Below, one piece after another: positions 56,709-64,000 of a DNA stretch of 64,000 nucleotides (positions within the stretch are counted from its first letter, which is position 1; each line of letters opens with the position of its first letter). The DNA is from Macrostomum lignano (taxonomy: Eukaryota). The stretch spans positions 62,001-126,000 of the forward strand of contig NIVC01001748.1 of assembly GCA_002269645.1 (NCBI GenBank), in the 5' to 3' direction. The position numbers were made by a program, and so were the translations under genes. The notes beneath the pieces are model-generated. The model made no database searches, was not told where the DNA came from, and saw only the letters and a list, made by a program, of their open reading frames with translations.

Positions 56709-57780
56709 GCCATTCCCGAATCTTCCATTCCCGAATCTGCTATTTCTGAATCTGCCATTTCTGAATCTGTCATTCCCGAATCTGCTATTTCTGAATCTGC
56801 CATTCCCGAATCTGCTATTTCTGAATCTGCCATTCCCGAATCTTCCATTCCCGAATCTGCTATTTCTGAATCTGCCATTCCCGAATCTGCCATTCCCGAA
56901 TCTGCCATTCCCGAATCTGCCATTCCCGAATCTGCCATTCCCGAATCTGCCATTCCCGAATCTACCATTCTCGAATCTGCCATTCCCGAATCTGCCATTC
57001 CCGAATCTGCTATTCCCGAATCTGCCATTCCCGAATCTGCTATTACCGAATCTGCGATCCCAAATTAGAATTTCTGTCATTCCCGAATCTGCCATTCCCG
57101 AATCTGCCATTCCTGAATCTGCCATTTTTAAATCTGCCATTCCTGAATCTGCCATTCCCGAATCTGCCATTCCCGAATCTGCCATTCCCGAATCTGCCAT
57201 TCCCGAATCTGCCATTCCCGAATCTGCCATTCCCGAATCTGCCATTCCCGAATCTGCTATTTCTGAATCTGTCATTCCCGAATCTGCTATTTCTGAATCT
57301 GCCATTCCCGAATCTGCCATTCCCGAATCTGCCATTCCCGAATCTGCCATTCCCGATTCTGCTATTACCGAATCTGCCATTCCCGATTCTGCTATTACCG
57401 AATCTGCGATTCCCAAATTAGAATTTCTGTCATTCCCGAATCTGTCATTCCCGAATCTGCCATTCCTGAATCTGCCATTTTTAAATCTGCCATTCCCGAA
57501 TCTGCCATTCCCGAATCTGCCATTCCCGAATCTGCCATTCCCGAATCTGCCATTCCCGAATCTGCCATTCCCGAATCTGCCATTCCCGAATCTGCCATTC
57601 CCGAATCTGCCATTCCCGAATCTGCCATTCCCGAATCTGCCATTCCCGAATCTGCCATTCCCGAATCTGCCATTCCCGAATCTGCCATTCCCGAATCTGC
57701 CATTACCGAATCTGCCATTCCGAATCTGCCATTCCCGAATCTGCCATTCCTGAATCTGCCATTCCCGAATCTGCCATTCC
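56709..57780. repeat. 15-bp minisatellite (GCCATTCCCGAATCT)n filling intron 2
   Basis: Begins 21 bp after the donor and runs up to the GCAG acceptor. Confidence 0.95.
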
Positions 57781-57784
57781 GCAG

Positions 57785-58469
57785 GTGTCGGACCGGGACT
57801 CCGGCGAAGGCGGCCGGTTCGAATGCGAAACGGCTTCCCAGCGTTCAAACTCGGAATCCCGTTTGAAGTTCGTCCAGAACCCGGACAGCGGTCCGGGCTA
57901 TTACAAAATCTTCGCCATGGCAATCATCGACCGCGAAGTAGATCCCACCGTCACCGGCACTCTCACCTGCTGGGACCTGGGTCAGCCCCGGCTCACCAGC
58001 ACCTTCACCGCCACAGTCGTCATCCGGGATAAGAACGACAACTCGCCCGTGTTCAACAACGTCGGTTCCACCGGAGTCATCCAGGCGGAGCTCTCCGAGA
58101 ACAACGAAGCGAATAAAAAATTCTATCAGCTGTCAGCCAGCGACATGGATGAAGGCGAGAACTCCCGCCTGACCTACAGACTGGCGGCGGGATCGCGTCA
58201 CTCGGACATCTTCTCGATTGAACCGGACACCGGCTTCATTCTGGCGAAGGTTCCACTGGACAGGGAGCTGAAGGACAGCTACGAGCTGCTGGTGGTGGCC
58301 TCCGACAACGGATATGAGCCAAGAAGCGGCTCGGCTACAGTTCGAGTTCAGGTGAAGGATGAGAATGACAACCCGCCGCGGTTCACCAGCCAGGTTGGCT
58401 TTCAGATTGAAGAGAATCAGGAGCCTGGGCAGGTGCTGGGGCGCCTGACTGCGAAGGATCCCGATCTTG
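57785..58469 (+). CDS. Protocadherin coding exon 3 (EC4, EC5, start of EC6)
   Basis: Acceptor CCGCAG| at 57784. VSDRDSGEGG, IDRE, DKNDNSPVF, ASDMDEGEN, LDRE, DENDNPPRF, AKDPDL. Phase-1 donor G|GTGAGC at 58470. Confidence 0.95.
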
Positions 58470-58529
58470 GTGAGCAATTGCAGTGCCGAATCTGACATCT
58501 CGAGAAAAAATTGAAATCCCAAATATCAA

Positions 58530-58972
58530 AATCCTGAAGCTAGAATCTTGAATCCAAAATCCCAAATCCCGAATCTAGAATCCCGAATCCCGAATCCCGA
58601 ATCCAGAATCCCGAATCTAGAATCCTGAATACAGAATCCCGAATCCCGAATCTAGAATCCCGAATCCCGAATCTAGAATTTCGAATCCCGAAACTAGAAT
58701 CCCGAATCCCGAATCCCGAATCTAGAATCCCGAATCTAGAATCCCGAATCCCGAATCCAGAAACCAGAATCCAGAATCCCGAATCCCGAGTCTAGAATCC
58801 TGAATAGAGAATCCCGAATCCCGAATCTAGAATGCCGAATCTAGAATCCTGAATACAGAATCCCGAATCCCGAATCTAAAATCCCGAATCCCGAATTTAG
58901 AATCCCGAATCCCGAATCTGAAACCCCGAATCTAGAATCCCGAATCCCGAATCCTGAATCCAGAATCCCGAA
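58530..58972. repeat. 7-bp variant repeat (AATCCCG / AATCTAG / AATCCAG)n filling intron 3
   Basis: Direct reading. Confidence 0.92.
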
Positions 58973-59014
58973 ATGACGCATCTAAAATCCTTGGTCTCCA
59001 ACTTCGCCACTCAG

Positions 59015-59520
59015 GTCCCGCCGGCCAGGTGCAATTCCTGCAGCTCAACAGCCGCTACAGGCACCTGTTCACTCTCGACGAAGGCGGCACCCTTCGCACC
59101 AACGCCAAGTTCGACCGCGAGGCCGTATCGTCCTACACAATCCAGGTTCGAGCTCAGGACCGTGGCAGTCAGCCTCTTAAGACAGATCGCGAAGTTGTGA
59201 TTCGAATCCTAGACGTGAACGATCAAGCACCGGTGATTGTCTCACCTGGCAACAATAGCCAGCCAACGAAGATTAGCATCTACACTCACCGGGTGGGCTC
59301 GCTGGTGATGCGAGTTCGAGCTGAGGACGGAGATGACGGTCTCAACGGCCAGATCGTGTACAGCCTCACGCAGCAGCAGGCCAGGAACAAGTTCAGCATC
59401 GACGCCAGCACTGGGGAAATTCGAGTGGCCCAACCGCTTGACTTGGCTGACCTGAACCGCTACAAACTCATGGTGCAGGCCAGAGACTGCGCCCCAACCA
59501 ATCCCAAGTCAGAGGCCAAG
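59015..59520 (+). CDS. Protocadherin coding exon 4 (EC6, most of EC7); gene continues 3' of this exon
   Basis: Acceptor ACTCAG| at 59014. The split codon G|GT gives DPDLG-PAGQVQF; then FDRE, DVNDQAPVI, AEDGDDGLNG, FSIDASTGEI. Phase-0 donor AAG|GTGAGT at 59521. Confidence 0.94.
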
Positions 59521-59559
59521 GTGAGTCGCTTGACATTGTGAAGAGCCACAGCGTTTCTT

Positions 59560-61222
59560 CAGTGACAGATTCGCCATTTCCGCCCCCAATGAAACAAAAA
59601 CCTCCGTTCCTTCAGTGCCACATCCGCCATTTCCACCCCAATGAAACAACAACCTCCGTTTCTTCAGTGCCACATCCGCCATTTCCACCCCAATGAAACA
59701 ACAACCTCCGTTTCTTCAGTGCCACATCCGCCATTTCCACTCCAATGAAACAACAACCTCCGTTTCTTCAGTGCCACATCCGCCATTTCCACCCCAATGA
59801 AACAACAACCTCCGTTTCTTCAGTGCCACATCCGCCATTTCCACCCCAATGAAACAACAACCTCCGTTTCTTCAGTGCCACATCCGCCATTTCCACTCCA
59901 ATGAAACAACAACCTCCGTTTCTTCAGTGCCACATCCGCCATTTCCACTCCAATGAAACAACAACCTCCGTTTCTTCGGTGCCACATCCGCCATTTCCAC
60001 TCCAATGAAACAACAACCTCCGTTTCTTCAGTGCCACATCCGCCATTTCCACCCCAATGAAACAACAACCTCCGTTTCTTCAGTGCCACATCCGCCATTT
60101 CCACTCCAATGAAACAACAACCTCCGTTTCTTCAGTGCCACATCCGCCATTTCCACTCCAATGAAACAACAACCTCCGTTTCTTCAGTGCCACATCCGCC
60201 ATTTCCACTCCAATGAAACAACAACCTCCGTTTCTTCAGTGCCACATCCGCCATTTCCACTCCAATGAAACAACAACCTCCGTTTCTTCAGTGCCACATC
60301 CGCCATTTCCACCCCAATGAAACAACAACCTCCGTTTCTTCAGTGCCACATCCGCCATTTCCACCCCAATGAAACAACAACCTCCGTTTCTTCAGTGCCA
60401 CATCCGCCATTTCCACTCCAATGAAACAACAACCTCCGTTTCTTCAGTGCCACATCCGCCATTTCCACTCCAATGAAACAACAACCTCCGTTTCTTCGGT
60501 GCCACATCCGCCATTTCCACTCCAATGAAACAACAACCTCCGTTTCTTCAGTGCCACATCCGCCATTTCCACTCCAATGAAACAACAACCTCCGTTTCTT
60601 CAGTGCCACATCCGCCATTTCCACTCCAATGAAACAACAACCTCCGTTTCTTCGGTGCCACATCCGCCATTTCCACTCCAATGAAACAACAACCTCCGTT
60701 TCTTCAGTGCCACATCCGCCATTTCCACTCCAATGAAACAACAACCTCCGTTTCTTCAGTGCCACATCCGCCATTTCCACTCCAATGAAACAACAACCTC
60801 CGTTTCTTCGGTGCCACATCCGCCATTTCCACTCCAATGAAACAACAACCTCCGTTTCTTCAGTGCCACATCCGCCATTTCCACCCCAATGAAACAACAA
60901 CCTCCGTTTCTTCAGTGCCACATCCGCCATTTCCACTCCAATGAAACAACAACCTCCGTTTCTTCAGTGCCACATCCGCCATTTCCACTCCAATGAAACA
61001 ACAACCTCCGTTTCTTCAGTGCCACATCCGCCATTTCCACTCCAATGAAACAACAACCTCCGTTTCTTCAGTGCCACATCCGCCATTTCCACTCCAATGA
61101 AACAACAACCTCCGTTTCTTCAGTGCCACATCCGCCATTTCCACTCCAATGAAACAACAACCTCCGTTTCTTCAGTGCCACATCCGCCATTTCCACCCCA
61201 ATGAAACAAAAACTTCCGTTCC
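59560..61222. repeat. 52-bp minisatellite (CAGTGCCACATCCGCCATTTCCACYCCAATGAAACAACAACCTCCGTTTCTT)n, about 32 copies, intron 4
   Basis: Period 52 (59821 to 59873). Confidence 0.96.
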
Positions 61223-61910
61223 CTCAGCGACAGATCTGATCAATTCAGATCACTTTATAAACAATCTTCGAAGGCGCGAGTTTCCGATCAGATTTCATTC
61301 TCGAGGACCAAATTCCTACAGAAAAATGCAAATAGCACAAGAATTCCAAACTCATATTCGTATAAAGGATACTGACCACTCGAAAGCATTCCTTCCTCTT
61401 TTAGTCAAAACAATTCATAAATCATTGAACAGAAATATTTTGGCCAAGCGGTCTTCGCTTTTAGATAAATCTCCGATCATGAACCCCCTGAATGGAAACT
61501 TAAGAGAGATTTTTTACGTTAGGTTGCGTAACTTTGACGAGCAACCACCCCTCTGGCTGCCTGCCTCCCTGCCTCATCCTTCTTGAATTCCATAATCTGC
61601 CTTCCATGAGTGTCCAGCATTCCTACTATGCAATGCCAGTTGCGCAACAAATACTTCTACTCAGCCTCTTGAGCACGTCCATATACGACATACGAGTGTG
61701 CGCCTGTGTATTGTCTGAGAAAACAATGCGCGAAATGAGCATGCAGCAACGAACCCCTTAACGAACGACGTTCTGAAGCAGTCAGTCTAGGCAACGAAAA
61801 CTTTATTTTACCTGGAAGTTAAGTCTGCTTTCTGAAGAATTATGAAATAAAGCTTTTGTTGCCTTTAAATTTGTGACGAAAAGTGACGTCAATGTTGGTG
61901 CGATGCTCAA

Positions 61911-63622
61911 GAGGTGACATCAGACTTGTGGAATCCATCAGAAGTGACATCAGACTTGTGGAATCCATCAGAAGTGATTCCAGACTTGTGGAATCCTTCA
62001 GAAGTGACATCAGGCTTGTGGAATTCTTCAGAAGTGGCATCAGACTTGTGGAATTCTTCAGAAGTGACATCAGGCTTGTGGAATCCTTCAGAAGTGACAT
62101 CAGGCTTGTGGAATTCTTCAGAAGTGACATCAGGCTTGTGGAATTCTTCAGAAGTGACATCAGACTTGTGGAATCCTTCAGAAGTGACATCAGGCTTGTG
62201 GAATCCTTCAGAAGTGACATCAGACTTGTGGAATTCTTCAGAAGTGACATCAGGCTTGTGGAATCCTTCAGAAGTGACATCAGGCTTGTGGAATCCTTCA
62301 GAAGTGACATCAGACTTGTGGAATCCTTCAGAAGTGACATCAGGCTTGTGGAATCCTTCAGAAGTGACATCAGACTTGTGGAATCCTTCAGAAGTGACAT
62401 CAGACTTGTGAAATCCTTCAGAAGTGACATCAGGTTTGGGGAATCCTTCAGAAGTGGCATCAGGCTTGTGGAATTCTTCAGAAGGGACATCAGGCTTGTG
62501 GAATTCTTCAGAAGTGGCATCAGACTTGTGGAATTCTTCAGAAGTGACATCAGGCTTGTGGAATCCTTCAGAAGTGACATCAGGCTTGTGGAATTCTTCA
62601 GAAGTGACATCCGGTTTGGGGAATCCTTCAGAAGTGGCATCAGGCTTGTGGAATTCTTCAGAAGGGACATCAGGCTTGTGGAATTCTTCAGAAGTGGCAT
62701 CAGACTTGTGGAATTCTTCAGAAGTGACATCAGGCTTGTGGAATCCTTCAGAAGTGACATCAGGCTTGTGGAATTCTTCAGAAGGGACATCAGGCTTGTG
62801 GAATTCTTCAGAAGTGACATCAGACTTGTGGAATCCTTCAGAAGTGACATCAGGCTTGTGGAATCCTTCAGAAGTGACATCAGACTTGTGGAATTCTTCA
62901 GAAGTGACATCAGGCTTGTGGAATCCTTCAGAAGTGACATCAGGCTTGTGGAATCCTTCAGAAGTGACATCAGGCTTGTGGAATTCTTCAGAAGTGACAT
63001 CAGACTTGTGGAATCCTTCAGAAGTGACATCAGACTTGTGGAATCCTTCAGAAGTGACATCAGGTTTGGGGAATCCTTCAGAAGTGACATCAGGCTTGTG
63101 GAATCCTTCAGAAGTGATTCCAGACTTGCGGAAGCCTTCAGAAGTGACATCAGGTTTGGGGAATCCTTCAGAAGTGGCATCAGACTTGTGGAATTCTTCA
63201 GAAGTGACATCAGACTTGTGGAATCCTTCAGAAGTGGCATCAGGCTTGTGGAATCCTTCAGAAATGACATCAGGTTTGGGGAATCCTTCAGAAGTGGCAT
63301 CAGGCTTGTGGAATTCTTCAGAAGGGACATCAGGCTTGTGGAATTCTTCAGAAGTGGCATCAGGCTTGTGGAATCCTTCAGAAATGACATCAGGTTTGGG
63401 GAATCCTTCAGAAGTGGCATCAGGCTTGTGGAATTCTTCAGAAGGGACATCAGGCTTGTGGAATTCTTCAGAAGTGACATCAGGCTTGTGGAATTCTTCA
63501 GAAGTGGCATCAGACTTGTGGAATTCTTCAGAAGTGGCATCAGACTTGTGGAATTCTTCAGAAGTGACATCAGGCTTGTGGAATCCTTCAGAAGTGATTC
63601 CAGACTTGCGGAAGCCTTCAGA
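61911..63622. repeat. 30-bp minisatellite (GAAGTGACATCAGRCTTGTGGAATYCTTCA)n, about 57 copies
   Basis: Period 30; 120- and 180-bp sub-blocks marked by GAAGGGACAT and GAAATGACAT variants. Confidence 0.96.
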
Positions 63623-63715
63623 GAAGTGAAATTGAACTCGTGGAACCTACTGAAGACAATTCTTGACGACTTAATTAGAGGAAAGAAGACATAAATTTTC
63701 AACGCCGAAATTGTT

Positions 63716-64000
63716 GCAGGCTGTCTGTATCGCCAAAAATAGGCTGTCTGTATTGCCAAAAACAGGCTGTCTGTATCGCCAAAAACAGGCTGTCTGTATC
63801 GCCAAAAACAGACTGTCTGTATCGCCAAAAACAGGCTGTCTATATCGCCAAAAACAGGCTGTCTGTATCGCCAAAAACAGGCTGTCTGTATCGCCAAAAA
63901 CAGGCTGTCTGTATCGCCAAAAACAGGCTGTCTGTATCGCCAAAAACAGGCTGTCTGTATCGCCAAAAACAGACTGTCTGTATCGCCAAAAACAGGCTGT
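63716..64000. repeat. 23-bp minisatellite (CAGGCTGTCTGTATCGCCAAAAA)n, runs off the window end
   Basis: Period 23 (63721 to 63744). Confidence 0.95.

Noticed and set aside
59560-61222. CRISPR-like appearance of the 52-, 35- and 30-bp arrays
   Set aside because: Units are head-to-tail with no unique spacers; eukaryotic context; no cas genes.
61149-61761. Candidate next protocadherin exon (end of EC7, TM)
   Set aside because: Phase-0 acceptors tested (CCTCAG, ATTCAG, GATCAG, CCTACAG) give early stops or no cadherin G-strand or TM segment.
61840-63966. 708, 603 and 401 aa ORFs over the 30-mer array
   Set aside because: Open in several frames on both strands because the unit is 30 bp and stop-free. 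They lie in the presumed intron 4, with no splice or domain support.

Overview
Repeat-dominated animal (eukaryotic) genomic DNA. The only supportable protein-coding gene is a + strand protocadherin-type cadherin. Four coding exons were reconstructed (41387-42244, 56379-56687, 57785-58469, 59015-59520; 786 codons), with GT-AG introns of 14134, 1097 and 545 bp and compatible phases. They encode a signal peptide, six complete cadherin (EC) repeats and most of a seventh. The end of EC7, the TM segment and the tail are not found and presumably lie beyond the window. By a hand tally, about 34 kb (roughly half the window) is about 40 unrelated micro- and minisatellite arrays with unit sizes of 2-52 bp. 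These include (GATA)n tracts of about 1.7 and 2.2 kb and a 5.5-kb two-variant 10-mer array carrying a 2180-bp higher-order duplication. Interspersed elements are two inverted copies of a tRNA-derived SINE with a CORE-like domain flanking exon 1, a Harbinger-like MITE, a hAT/Charlie-like MITE and a further tRNA-like head. Almost all other ORFs in the track are artefacts of stop-free repeats. The architecture is reminiscent of a repeat-rich lophotrochozoan such as a Macrostomum-type flatworm, but that is an impression only. No prokaryotic features, CRISPR arrays, rRNA or intact tRNA genes were seen.
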